64,000 bases of DNA from Eledone cirrhosa (taxonomy: Eukaryota). The number at the start of each line of letters is the position of its first letter. Position 1 is the stretch's first letter. The notes under the pieces were generated by a model. That model was not told the DNA's origin and searched no databases. It saw only the letters and a list, made by a program, of their open reading frames with translations. Where the stretch lies: positions 277,512,001 to 277,576,000 of the forward strand of contig OZ024743.1 of NCBI GenBank assembly GCA_964016885.1, written 5' to 3'. This document shows, one piece after another, positions 28,511-41,386 of the stretch. Both the position numbers and the translations under genes were made by a program.

Positions 28511-30236
28511 TGGTTCTATGTATATTTTAATGGCGCTAATGTATCATAGTGCATTCCAGAAACTAGTAGCTAAGCAGCTGACATTTATGACCCATATGAT
28601 AGAATTTATGGACGTTACATTCAGTGTTTATAGATGCGTTGTTCTGTTCTTCCACTGTAAACGTTGTTGCCTCCAGAATTCCACATTGAATCTTTATATG
28701 AATGCAAGTTTGCGTTCTTATTGATATGAAACACAGAAAAACATGATCGACTATTGAAGTATATGATTTCTACTTCCTTTGTTTTTGTAATCAAATTTGC
28801 TATTTTTATGTAGTTTACCTGCGTTTCTACTAGATCTAGATATCAGCAATCGAGAATCTAACCGTAACAAATTCTTACGAGGATTTGATTGCTCCACTCA
28901 TGATCAATTTAATCATGCTTTTCAGGGTGTCATATTTCACGGGAGCAATAGTGGAGAGAATTTTATGTAAATTTGAGACGGCAATATCCCTACATTAGTA
29001 GTTTTGGATACCTTAGTGCTGCGTTTTCAATATCCATTGGGAATAATCAGTTATTATATCTACGTCATTTATATACATATACTCTTACATTTGCGAACAC
29101 ATAACAATAACATGCATAAATTTACTTATATTTATAGTCACTACTCACGCAGTAAAGCAACACATATATAGTACATACGAGTCAATTGGTCAGTTTCAGC
29201 TAGATGGCCCTTATCCAGTATTTTTCTGTGGCAGTCAGCATTTGCAAATGAGTTCCACTTATATTGCTGACATTAACCTTTTCAGAATTATTTTCGCTCG
29301 GCAAAATATGTGTGTGCGTGCGAGTGTGTGTATGTTTTTGTATCTGTATGCGTGCGTGTGTACGCTGTTGAATACCAAAATAGTCGACATTGAAGGATGT
29401 CAACTACAAACTATGTAAATACCACAAATAAACAATTGCTTACATTTGCGCCTGCTCTGTCAGAATAAATTTACACACGTGAACAAATAGGAAGCGAATA
29501 TCCATTGGAAACATGCAAACAGACATGAACATTGTGAATATATTTTAAAACCTTGCCCACATATCAGCTGGGATAATTTAGTCGCTTCGGCCACAAACCC
29601 AAGTACTGCGACCCGCAATGCAGAGGCAAAGAAGACAAAAAAATACCGGGGATTGTCCGGGGGCTTCCTCTTCGCACTGGTCGCCGTCAGTGTACTTGGA
29701 CCTCAGGTGTACTTGGACCTCATATAGCCGAGCTCCTCCGTAAGATTGGAACGTCAGCAGCCCGTCTGTGGGGTGGCTGTTGCAGCGGGTGTCGCAGGCC
29801 ATTCTCCATGGGAATCCTTTTGCAGTCTTGTCCACAGGCCGCAGTCCCAACACTGCCGCGCCCTAGGCCCAGAGCCCGTCACCATCCCTTCCCGCCCCCA
29901 TTCTTCTGTGGACTTAGAACGCTTGCCTTTTCCTTCCGCTTTTTGATATTTGTAGTATTTGTTCATTATGTTCCATATTTGGCATGGTTTCTATGTCTTG
30001 ATACCCTTGCTAAGATCAACCCCTTAATAGGTGTGCTGGGTGCATTTAGTAGCTGTATATAACTAACAAGCACCTTTTGCCTGGAGGTATCATACAGGGG
30101 TAAATAAGAATTGCAGTGGCCTATATGTGTATTTCTATATGTTGTATGATGTCTTCTCCACTCGGCCCGTTTTTATCTAAGTTTGTTTATCTCCCTCACA
30201 CATTTTGAAATCATTTTGTAACTCGTGTGTTGGAAA

Positions 30237-30269
30237 TTCTTCTTCTTCTTCTTCTTCTTCTTCTTCTTC

Positions 30270-30307
<38 letters not shown>

Positions 30308-30383
30308 TGATGGTGATGATGTGATGGTGATGATGACGACGACGATGATGATGATGATGACGAGGATGATGATGATGGTGATA

Positions 30384-30421
<38 letters not shown>
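30237..30421. repeat. (TTC)n followed by (GAT)n compound microsatellite
   Basis: Direct reading. Confidence 0.95.
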
Positions 30422-30654
30422 CCTCATCATCATTTATTTCCAACATTTCCATGTTTCTCTATCACATATACACTCCCTGGATGAATACATCAGCCTCTGT
30501 TCAGAGTGGTGGGGTCGGGGGATGTACTACAACTAGTGTGATTTGCGGTGCAGCTTGTGTTATTTCTTGTATTAAGTCTCATCTTATGTTGTGAAGAATA
30601 TGTGATTTCTGAATTGTGTTATTTTATTGACTGTTGATAGTATTTACATATCTA

Positions 30655-30700
<46 letters not shown>

Positions 30701-30764
30701 TTTTATAGTGTCAGATGTTGATTGTGCCAAATATTTGTTAGTTGCATTGTGTTAATTTACAGGT

Positions 30765-31100
30765 ATTGTGTAGTCGGTAGAGTCGTTAGAATGTCGGGTA
30801 GAATGCTTTGTAGTATTTATTTCGGCTCTCTGCTCTCTGAGTTCAAATCCCGCAGAAGTCAACTTTGCCTTTCATCCATTCATGGTCGATAAAAAAGTAC
30901 CTGTCAAGTAGTGAAGTCGATTCTTCCTCTATATATATTTCTCACTTCCTTTCTCTCACTCTCTGTATCCTTCTCTGGAAGAAATTTCCAGTATTCAGAC
31001 ATGGAGAGGAGATGGGCTCCGCCAGGTGTAAAAAATGCCCTAGAAACACCATATGTCAATATGGCGCCACTACGACTCCTCGGAAATTACAAGTCCATAC
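30765..31100 (+). mobile_element. SINE variant with CT-rich linker and alternative tail
   Basis: GAGTTCAAATCCCGCAGAAGTCAACTTTGCCTTTCATCC core; tail shared with 3665-3790. Confidence 0.65.
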
Positions 31101-33020
31101 TATACCATTGTGTGGCGTATGTGATGTGTGAGTTATGATTTAGTACCGAAAAACGATTGCACAGAGAGTGCACTGCATGAATTGTTCTATTGAATTAAAA
31201 AAGCATTTTTTCATGTTTTTGTTCATGTCATTTATACTACTTAGTGCACATTTTTGTTATCAATATCATTTTTACTCTAATACAATAAATTTTCCCATTT
31301 GAAGGTTGTCGAATATTGATAGTTTTCCGACTTCATTTTCTCACACGATAAAACGAAACATCAATCAAAGTACAAAGATTTTAATCCTCATATTTGCTGC
31401 GATATCTTGGCTTTCACTTTGATCTCCTTCTCAGTCTAATAAGGCGTGTTCCACGTTATCGGAGTCAAGACATTGTTTGAAAAGGTCATTGCTTGTATTA
31501 TATCGTCTCAGTTTTCATGTTGAAGTTCCGGTACTTTGTCCGTTGTCTAATAAATTTACATAGTTGCCTACCTGGTCATGTCTCTTGATATATTCCGTCT
31601 TTGCCCTAACAGGACAACTTAAAGTGAAGCGCTCAATTATTTGTTTGTGTTAATTGTATACTCTGCAGTTGATTTTCAGTTCTTGTTTAGAGCATTTTAT
31701 TTTCATAATGTAGAAAATGACATGTTTAAGAAGGGTAAGAAAATGCAAAATGAACAGTAAAATTAAGGCAACAATAAACTATTTTTTATATTTGAAGTTT
31801 TTATTATAGCTAGGCAATATACCTGTACCACTAAAATCAACTTTCCGCTTTTGCTCTTGAGCTTTTGAGCCGCCAGGATTTGAGTTTTTGAGTCATTGTT
31901 GGATTTCACACGTATACTTTCTCCTTGAGATAGTTTTCCCAATATTTTTCTTTAGTACATTTTGGTGCTCCACTCTTATTCTATTTTGATTTAAAGTTTG
32001 TATAAATTTCTGTTGTTTTGATCTTATTTCATACATTTTTTCGGTGTAGTTAACTTTCAGTTTATGATTTACTGTTTCTTTATATAGATAAAACTATACA
32101 TTTGTTGTTCATGATACCTTGATATACTGATTAGTTTTCTTTGCTTCCTCCACAGTTTTGTTTTCAAGATTAACTAACATTACTTTTTAATAGTTCTTTA
32201 TTTTGATATTTCTTGTTGGCCCAGGAGTAAGTATATATTCTCTGTATACCTGCTTTCGGATTGTAGCTTCACAAAGCAGTAATGCTTAGCTTTTCTATCT
32301 AAACTCATTCTCTCAATTTTCAATTTAATTCTTTAAAGCTTTAGTTTATCCCTGGAATAGCTATTACGTTCATCATTTAATAATAATCTGATTCTGATTT
32401 CTACTTAATTTCTTGTACGAATGGTTTTGTTCTGAATCTCTAAATTCATCATTTGGATTTAGTTTAATGTTCTCCATTTTAATTAATTAGACTATGCTTA
32501 TAGCTGTTTTGACATATTTGTCAATACCCATACTTATTTTAAGATTCCACTTTAATACATGGATAGTTTGTTCTTACTTCTCTTGCAATGCGTTGTTCAT
32601 TGTAAAACGGTATAAACCATCCATATGTCAGAGATTGATGACCTTTAGCAATTTTGTTCAGCAAATTTGTTAATGAATTGTATTAAATATCTATTAAAAA
32701 CTAAACAGAAAAGATTGTGTATTGAAATATATTACAAAGACAAAAATTTACAAATATGTGGACGGTGTTTGTTAGAACTATCTTTTGGATTTCATAGATG
32801 GAAGGTTTACAGGTGTGTTTTCTAGAAACCCTTGAACACCTAGTGCTCTTATCACTTCCGGAATAATATAGGTTTTAAAGTGCCAAATTCTGTTTATTTC
32901 AATTTCAAGATCTTTATACTTTGCAATTTTTCATACTCTTTTGTTGACAAATTTCTATCAGACGGAACAGTCATGTCAATGAGAAAGCAGGTCTTGCTTT
33001 AAAAAATCTTTAATAATAAT

Positions 33021-33205
33021 TGTTTCTACTTTTGGCACAAGGCCAGCAATTATCCCAGTGCATTACTCGTACTTTATTTTATCGACCCCGTAAGGATGAA
33101 AGGCAAAGTTAACCTCGGCGTAATTTGAACTCAGACCGTAAAGGGCCGTAACTCTGTGCTACAAAGCATGGCGCCCGACCCTCTACTGATACTGCCAATC
33201 CGCCG
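33021..33205 (-). mobile_element. Full SINE inserted in the R4-like endonuclease, with TSD
   Basis: Complete head, core and tail in reverse; flanking direct repeat TTAATAATAAT at about 33010-33020 and 33206-33216. Confidence 0.9.
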
Positions 33206-33767
33206 TTAATAATAATGTCAGGGTTGTTTGCATTAATAGTATGATGTGTGGGAGGAAAGTCTTAAAGGATTGTTACTCCTTTAGTTTCAGTTACTGGTTG
33301 TGGTTTGTGTTCATACCAGTTTACTGTATGTTCTGTTTCCATTGTTTCCATATTATCCAGTAGATGTATTGGACTACTCTATCATGACTTTCCTTATATT
33401 CAGTTGGTGCTAGTGTGGGGCACATCCAAATCTTATATGGTCTTTAGTTTCAACCTGTACGTCACATATTCTACATATGGAGTCTTCTCCCATTCTTAGA
33501 ATATTTTTTTGATAATTCCTAGTAAAAAGGCTCTGGTCCGGGACGGCAAAATAAAACGTTCTGTTTCAGCATTTAATCCCAGACGTTGCAACCACTGATG
33601 GGTTTGGGCTTGATCTATATCAGGATCTTGGGTGCGAAGTGGTAATTGACTGTTTTGTTATCGTCTTTTTAAAAATGTTTTTAGACCTTGCCTTTCTTCT
33701 CTGGACTTTTGCTATTTTAGTTGGAATTAAACCTGTTTCATTATTTAAATGTATGTTTAAATGTACG

Positions 33768-34083
33768 ATCTGAGTTCAAATCCTGCTAAGGTTAACTTTG
33801 CCTTTCATCCTTACGGGGTCGATAAAATAAAGTACCAGTAATGCACAGGGATAATTGCTGGCCTTGTGCCAAAAGTAGAAACAATTATTACGGTGGGGGA
33901 TTGGCAGTATCGGTAGAGGGTCTGACACCATGCTTTGCAGCAAAGAGTTACAGCCCTTTATGGTCTGAGTTCAAATCCCACCGAGGTTAACTTTGCCTTT
34001 CATCCTTACGGGATCGATAAAATAAAGTACCAGTAATACACTGGGATAATTGCTGGCCTTGTACCAAAAGTAGAAACAATTAT
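33768..34083 (+). mobile_element. Tandem SINE pair
   Basis: 5'-truncated copy 33768-33890 directly followed by a full copy 33891-34083; both end GTAGAAACAATTATT. Confidence 0.9.
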
Positions 34084-34629
34084 TTAAATGTACGTTTTCA
34101 GTTCTTAATTCTTTCATATACTTTCCTTCCTATTTAATCTATTTTAGTGTATTTTTCTTTGTTTGTGGAGTGGAGTTTCTTTTGTTGTTGTTTTTTTGTG
34201 ATCTCTTACTAACACCATCATTCAGTCATTGGTAGTCTCTCTCTGTATGTCTGTAAGCCTATCGTAGTTGTTTTGCATGACAGTTCCATTTGCATCAGCT
34301 CTCTTCCTTCTACTTGGAAAATCTATGTGATTTACATCTGCGTTAGGGTGATACATTTTGTTGGCTGTAAGATGTTTTCGAGGTTTTTGTGTACATTCTT
34401 TTAAGATCAGCTAAATTCGAATTAATGACAGTATAACTTATTGTACCACTGGTAGAGCTAAGGTGTTTATAGCGTCGAAACGCGTTTTTGGATTTAGTTC
34501 AGTTTTAAGGATCGACCTTACTTTTCTGTAGTATTCAACCCGTATTCTAGTCTTCATTTGACTGTTTAATAACATCACATTATTGTTATTATTATTATTA
34601 CTATTATTATTATTGTTGTTGTGGTTGTT

Positions 34630-34846
34630 AGGGCGCTTGATTGGCAGGATCGGTAGTGGGTCGGACAACATGTTTCGTAGTATAGAGTTACGGCCCTTTA
34701 CGTTCTGGATTCAAATCCCGCCATAGTTAGCTTTGCCTTTCATCCTTACGGATTCGATAAAGCACCAGTAACACACTGGGGTCGATTTAATTGACTTCCC
34801 CTTCCCCTTCAAATTGCTGGCCTTGTGCGTAAAGTAGAACCAATTA
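34630..34846 (+). mobile_element. SINE flanked by (TTA)n
   Basis: Full head, core and tail; TTA-rich arrays at 34580-34615 and 34844-34872. Confidence 0.88.
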
Positions 34847-34872
34847 TTATTATTATTATTGTTATTATTATT

Positions 34873-35130
34873 GTTCTTTGAGTCTCAGTCATTGATGTTA
34901 GTTAACTGGAAAGTTTGTTGAAATGAATATCAAGCCACTACCTGCAGCCTCAGATATTCAGGACGTATCGGAGGGTTCTTGCTGTTCCCAGCAAGCATGC
35001 CTTTGAAGCGTTCCAAAAAGCGTGGCGGGGCCAATTTTCTTTAACCATCCCTGGAAACTTTTTGAGTTAGTACCTAGTGCGTCTATGACAATCGGGACCA
35101 CTTTGACTTCATGGCAGTTCCAAATCCTTT
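34873..35130 (-). mobile_element. R4/Dong-like element 3' end with (TAA)n tail
   Basis: Minus-strand RIWNCHEVKVVPIVIDALG... and (frameshifted) ACLLGTARTLRYVLNI*, then short UTR and AATAATAAT. Confidence 0.75.
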
Positions 35131-35368
35131 TATTATTATTATTATTATTATTGAATGCTATGGTTGACGGAGGCTCGGCTCTGTAAGGTACTGTAAATTT
35201 TGAACGCTATAACAATTGTAAATTGTTTAAAACTTAGACCAACTTGTAGATAAAAACACCCTCCTCCTCGTGAGAGGGGTCTTTCTGCCCGTTATTTGGC
35301 CCTTCGGGGTTAAATAACTGCTTATTGGGGTTTTGTGCCCAATATTTATTTTAAACAAAAAAAACAAC

Positions 35369-37474
35369 ATGGCTACGAAAAAGAATTTTCATAGGTCACT
35401 CCCACTCATTCCGTCTTCTTCTTCCTCAATCATCACTACAGCAGAGAGAAGATTGTCTCTCTCCCTCCCTTCTTTAAATGTGTCTCTCTCCCTCCCTTCT
35501 CTTTCGCAAGCGACGAAAGAAAAGAAAAGTCTCGTGCAAAGCGTGCAAGGTTTCTCCACGACGACGACGACAGCGACGAAACAGGTGTGCGGGAAATACG
35601 AAAACCCAGTTCATTCGTCTGACGTCAGGAATAATAGCAGTAGCAGCCGTAATAACAACAGCAACAGTGACAATGAAAACAACAGTAGCAGCCGCAACAG
35701 CATCACCAGCAGCATAAACAACAACAGCATTAGCAGCAGCAACACCAACAACAACCACAGCAACAGCGGCGAAGGCAGTAGTCGTAGTACCTGCAGCAAC
35801 AACAAAAGTAACAGCAGCTCTGACGACAACAACAACAACAGCAGCAAAGAAAAACCAATCTCATTTGCAGGTATTGCGAAAAACTTGGAAACAATCCTCA
35901 TAACAAATGAGGAATTAGAGGAAGCGAAGAAGATGGTGACAAAGAATGGACACCGAGCAATGTGCAAGGCAGCGGAAACTTTTTTCGAAACCCAACAGCA
36001 CTGTACGGTCACGTACCGTACAGTAAGTACAAAATCCCGTAGGGTGGAAAGAGCCACAGAGGCCCAAATACAAAAAGCCTTGGGGTCTGTGTGGCAGCGG
36101 AAAACGCACATCACCCGAGGCAAAAAATATGCCACCGTAGACGTACTTTTTGCCACACCCCAGGAGGCAAAGGCCCAATCCGTAGTGACCCTAAGGAGCG
36201 AGGAAATGGTGTTGGTGCCATCCTACTGCGGGCAAAAAATTGTGAGGGTCAAACTGACCCACGTCCCCCCCCCCGGAATGGCCCCTTCTTGGCTGGCCGC
36301 GTCTGTCCTCGTCGGAATCGAGGACAAAACAACTGTACTGCAAGTACAGAAAAAAGTAAGAGAAGATTGGGTCGGCACCTCCATTGAGATGCTAATCCAA
36401 ACCAACCAGGAGTGCATCGAAGCTATCCCGGATGTGATAGACTTCGATAACGGCACTCAACTGCCCATAAGTGTTGAGGGCAAACGCCCGAAATGCTTTC
36501 GCTGTGGATCGAAGACTCACCTCAGGGCCTTCTGCAACGAGAAGACCCTGAGAAAGGAGAAAACCCCCCTCCTTCCGAATCCGGCTCCACGGCTACCAGC
36601 AACAGGACAAGCGGCAACCAGGAACGATAGGTCCGTGGCGCCCATACCCACGCCACGGAAATCAAAAACAGCAGCAGCAGTGGAAATATTAACAACAACA
36701 ACAGCAATACCAAATGCAGCTGCAACAGAGACTCCAGTGCAAACATCACCAACAACAACAAGTGAAAGAGTGGAGCTGGTACCCCTCCCCGACCTCACAG
36801 AATCAGACATGGAGTGTGAGGTGGGAGAGGGATGGCAAAAGGTCGTAAGAAGGCAGAAACGCAGAAGCAGCGCATCGTCGCCTTTGAAAAGGGAGGAAAG
36901 AAATGAGAAAAGGGTAAAGTCTACTGCAAAGAGACCCACAGCAGCAACACCACCAACACCATCACCACCCACACTAGCACCACCATCACCACCGGCGACA
37001 ACCCCACCGCCAACAACACCTTCAACACCACCACCACAAGCACCAACATCGCAAACACAACAACAAAACACACACACCCAGCAACAACGACAAGAAAATA
37101 GCAGAACCACACCCCACCCCCAGAAAAACAAATGCACGGCAATAAATACACACAACAAGAAACTAATGACTTACATAATTGAACACACAGACATTTCACA
37201 ACAAGACTACATAATACCAGCACCAATCAAAACGCCAACTAACATAAGACTGCTAAAAATAGCACAGAAACAATACACAAACATTAAAACGAAATTCCCC
37301 AACGCAGTTGGTGATTTCAGGGACCTAGGAGGAACCATCAATCGAAGAGTATATTCAGACATTCTCTTAGAAGAGCCGACGACCAGCCGAAGGGACGATT
37401 CAACGGTCCATTCACCAGACGATCAAGTGAAAAGGGATGTAAAAACCATCCTTCCTCTACCAAAAGTACGGTAA
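35369..37474 (+). CDS. Tx1 copy B ORF1 protein (uninterrupted, about 701 aa)
   Basis: ATG after A-rich leader; Ser/Asn-rich N-terminus; SFAGIAK; VEGKRPKCFRCGSKTHLRAFC CCHC knuckle; GWQKVVRR; Pro/Thr-rich tail. Confidence 0.85.
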   Translation: MATKKNFHRSLPLIPSSSSSIITTAERRLSLSLPSLNVSLSLPSLSQATKEKKSLVQSVQGFSTTTTTATKQVCGKYENPVHSSDVRNNSSSSRNNNSNSDNENNSSSRNSITSSINNNSISSSNTNNNHSNSGEGSSRSTCSNNKSNSSSDDNNNNSSKEKPISFAGIAKNLETILITNEELEEAKKMVTKNGHRAMCKAAETFFETQQHCTVTYRTVSTKSRRVERATEAQIQKALGSVWQRKTHITRGKKYATVDVLFATPQEAKAQSVVTLRSEEMVLVPSYCGQKIVRVKLTHVPPPGMAPSWLAASVLVGIEDKTTVLQVQKKVREDWVGTSIEMLIQTNQECIEAIPDVIDFDNGTQLPISVEGKRPKCFRCGSKTHLRAFCNEKTLRKEKTPLLPNPAPRLPATGQAATRNDRSVAPIPTPRKSKTAAAVEILTTTTAIPNAAATETPVQTSPTTTSERVELVPLPDLTESDMECEVGEGWQKVVRRQKRRSSASSPLKREERNEKRVKSTAKRPTAATPPTPSPPTLAPPSPPATTPPPTTPSTPPPQAPTSQTQQQNTHTQQQRQENSRTTPHPQKNKCTAINTHNKKLMTYIIEHTDISQQDYIIPAPIKTPTNIRLLKIAQKQYTNIKTKFPNAVGDFRDLGGTINRRVYSDILLEEPTTSRRDDSTVHSPDDQVKRDVKTILPLPKVR

Positions 37475-37509
37475 GTGGTCTTTCCCATCTTTTCCACTCT
37501 ATTTTAAAC

Positions 37510-40500
37510 ATGATCTCACTCAGAATAGGCAGCATAAATGCGCGTGGCTTGGGGTCGTCATGGAAGCAGGGTCACCTGCTCAACGACCTCAGGTCACTAA
37601 ACATAGATGTAGTGGCCATCAGCGAGACCAGAATCTCCGAAGCACGGGCCTTCGCACCGATCTTCGGCGGCTACGATGTGTACGCATCTCCCAGCCGTCC
37701 TGGATCGGGGGGAGGAGTTGGTGTGCTTTTTCGGAGAGGTTTGGATCTCGCCATACGGGCCATCTTCCTGGACCCAGAGGGTAAGCTGGTGGTGCTGGAC
37801 GTGACCAGCGGAGACGGGCAAGCTTTCAGGCTAGTGGCCGTCTATGCCCCGACAGGAGCATAGATTTCTTCCGGCGTCTGGAGACCTTTCTTGGAACGTC
37901 CCGCTCTTTAGTGTTAGTGGGCGACTGGAACGGGATCTTAGATGCACGCTGGGACTGTGTGGGATTAGTGGATAGGGGTGGAGGGTGCAAGAGCCTCACC
38001 AACCTGCTCAGGCGTTTTGAACTGTCTGACAGGTACCGATTGGATTTCCCGAATGTGCCAATGTGGACTTGGACAAATCGCATAGGGTCATCCAGATCAT
38101 ATCTAGATAGAGTATTTTGTAGGGAAATAGATAGGTCTAGCATAGGCTGTCCACAATTCAAGATAGTCAGCTACACGGACCACAAATTCGTGATCTGTGT
38201 ACTTGACTTAGATAGGCTTCATAGACGAGGACCCGGCTACTGGAAGCTAAACGCGTCCTTACCAGCGCGCAAGGCCTACAGAGACCGGATTAGCGAACTA
38301 GTTAAGCGGGCGTTGACGGGGGCCATCGTCAACAACAAGTGGTGGTTTGCTCTGAAAAGAGCGATTAGAATAGAATCGATTAGGTTTAGTAAGGCTTTAG
38401 CAATAGAGAAAAATAGAGCAGAGGGAGAACTAGTTAGAAAATTAGACGAGGCGCTTAGCAAAGGCATTGCGACCGACGTGCTTGCGGCGAAATTGGCCCT
38501 TGACCAATTCTTCAATGCAAAGCACGAAGGCTGCGTTGTCAGAGGAAGGGTGCGTGCTCTCGAAACGAGGGGACGAAAGCCGTTCAATGGGCCCGAGTGG
38601 CGGAGGCGCGTCGTGGCAACAAAGCCACGATCCGGTCTTTGGTGGACCACGACGGGCGCATGCTACTCGATCCCGGGCAAATGTGTGAAGCTTTTCAGCG
38701 ACACTTCGCTCAGCTGTTCGGGGGCAGCGGTGGGCCGGGTAGAGGGATGGACTTTAGTGTCTACCTCGACGGACTGCCGCGGCTCTCGGCCACTGAGGCG
38801 AAGTGTTGCGAAAAGCCGATAACAGCCGCTGAAGTAAGGGAGGCAATGACTGGCTGCACAAGGGGTAAATCGCCTGGTTTGGATGGTCTGCCCTATGAAC
38901 TTTACGTACAGATGCCAGACTTGTTCGGAGGCCTCTTGGCGGACGTCTACTGCAACTGGCAACAGAACGGGAGAATTCCCAGTTCTGTGAGCCGAGGAGC
39001 GGTGGCACTGCTGAGAAAGGATCCGAACAAGGGGGATAACATAGATAATTTCCGGCCCATAACTCTGCTAAACACAGAGTTCAAGATTTTGGCTAAGGTG
39101 CTAGCAAAGAGGTTGGCGCTTGTCGTTGGTGGTCTGGTGGGAGAGGCGCAGACATGCGCCATTCCCGACAGATCCATCCACGACAACCTCCACCTCATGC
39201 GATACATCATAGAGAGGGTAGCTAAGGAACCTGGCACGGGTGGGTCCTTGATCAATTTAGATCAGTCGAAAGCTTTCGATAGGGTCGACCATCGTTACCT
39301 AGCGGCAGTCCTGAGGGCGGCTGGTTTTGGGCCCGTCTTCAGCGGCTGGATCGCTGCCATGCACAGCGACATCTGCTCTGTGGTGAGAGTGAACGGTCAC
39401 CTGCGCTCGGTCCGCCAAGGATGTCCCCTCTCGTCCCTCTTGTACGTATTGACTCTCGAGCCATTACTGCACAAACTGGAGACGTTGAGAGGAGTCCCGC
39501 GCGAACTAGGATGCGGAAGATCCGTGTCAGCATAGTGGTGTCACGATGTCACCGTAGTGGTGTCGAACGCCAAACACATCGATGCGATCGGCACTACACT
39601 AAGAGAATACGAAGCGGTGACAGGAGCAATGATCAACCAGGAAAAGTCAGTGGGCCTGCAGCTCGGCACCTGGAGAGGCAGGTCCATGCCGTCCAACAGC
39701 GTCGTCGGACGCTGGACGGACGGACCGGTTAAATTGCTAGGGGTCTGGTTCGGTCCGGACCTCCAGACGGACAAAAACTGGGACGAGGTGACGAGCAGGG
39801 TGGCTTCTCTCACCCAGAAATGGGCGGAGAGGAAGCTATCCCTGAAAGGTCGAGCGGAGGTGGCTAACGCGTACATCGCGTCTGTCATCTGCTACCGCCT
39901 GACCGTCGTACCTTGTCCTAAGCCTCGCCTGACTGCGCTGGAGCGTTTGCTCTTTCGCTTTTTGTGGAAGGGACGTGCTCCGACGGTCAGGCGGTCCATC
40001 TGTTGTCAACACCCGCTACGTGGAGGGCTGGGCATTCCGTGGCTGATGATGCGCAGGCACGCGCTCAGGCTACGACATCTCCACCTCTTCCTCGACGGTG
40101 ATCAGGTGTGGTCGCCGTTTGCTAGACACGTATTTCCCCAGCTCGTTTCCTTGACGGAGCTGCAGTCCTGGGTCACGCGAAGACCGAGAGGGAGCGCCTG
40201 GAGACTGGAATGTCTTCAGGCGCTCACAGCCCTCGACCAATCGGGCAATGTGATCGGTGGAAACTCCACCTCGGCGTTCTATAGAGGATTAGTGGAGGGG
40301 AAGAGCGACGACGTACTTGGGGAAACTCTAGTCGTCGACGAAAATCAACTAGCCAATCTCTTCGGAAGAACTTTCGGGCCAGGGCCTATGGACAACTTCC
40401 AGAAATCTCTGGCCTGGCAGTGCTACCGAGGAGCCTTGCCAGTTCGGGATAAACTCTACAGGCATGGAGGTGCCGTCAGCCGGGCATGTCCGAGATGCGC

Positions 40501-40903
40501 GCAGGGCGACGAAACCGTCCTGCACGCACTCGTCCAGTGTCCGAAAATTGCTGACTTGTGGGTTTATGTCGAACACCTGCTGTCGCGTTTAGGACGGATC
40601 CGGCTATCATCTGAGTCCATCGTGAGGATTTCCCCGCCCTCCTCCTTTAGCCGGGAAGGGCAGGCAGTTTTTATCTGTCTGGTGGCCATGGCGAAAGAGA
40701 TAGTATGGTGGACACGTTTGAAAGGGCTGAAGACGAGCACTTACCTCTTCGGTGATGCTCTGATTGACTTTTTCAAATTTCATTTGAAAAGGAATATCAG
40801 AGTAGAGAGGGAAGTGCTCTCTTCCCAGCATTTTGTTGAAAGATGGGTGAGAGAAGCAAGAATGGCCCGAGTGAATGGGCCTACTCTGAGTATATATCTG
40901 TAA
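37510..40903 (+). pseudogene. Tx1 copy B ORF2 (APE + RT), disrupted
   Basis: Pieces 37510-37863, 37911-38570, 38597-39535, 39557-40903; small deletions near 37860 and 39403; YADD motif destroyed near 39533. Confidence 0.93.
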
Positions 40904-41386
40904 ATTAAAGGTGGAAAACTGGGAGAGGGCACTTGCCTTGGTGGTCAGGGTCATTGTGGCTTTTTACTGGGCTTTCTCCACAAATGTCCCTCCGAAGTCT
41001 CCCCCCTATTGGGGAATTTTTCATTGTTATTTTTTGTTACATCCTCTGTTTTTGTTTTTTTACACGCAGAAATGCCTATTTGTACCGTCCTGCATTGTCC
41101 TGCACTGTCCTTAATGTCTACTTTATGTAAACCCTTGTGGTTAATAAAGAAATCATTATTATTATTATTATTATTGACGAAAGTGGATGTACGTTTTTTG
41201 AAGCTCCGTGAGTAAGCAATTTTTTGAGGATTAATTGTGGAGAATTGTTTATTTTTTTGTACCGCTGAAGCATTATAAGACATTCATTTGTATCCTGTGA
41301 AGGAATAACTCATAATATTTGGGCCTTTTGGCCCAAATATTTGAACTTTATTTTGGAAAAATAATAATTTTTTTTCTCAAAAAAAC

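Larger units (their letters stand above)
31300..34570 (-). mobile_element. Fragmented R4/Dong-like (restriction-like endonuclease) non-LTR retrotransposon relics, interrupted by SINEs
   Basis: Minus-strand EYYRKVRSILKTELNPKTRFDAINTLALPVV and MYHPNADV (34200-34570); NANNPDIII and CFLIDMTVPSDRNLSTKEYEKIAKYKDLEIEINRIW (32800-33240). The 31300-32500 part is only weakly recognisable. Confidence 0.7.
35153..41154 (+). mobile_element. Full-length Tx1/L1-clade retrotransposon, copy B, flanked by (ATT)n
   Basis: (ATT)7 at 35132-35152 and 41155-41175; ORF1, ORF2 and 3'UTR ending AATAAAGAAATC. Confidence 0.93.
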
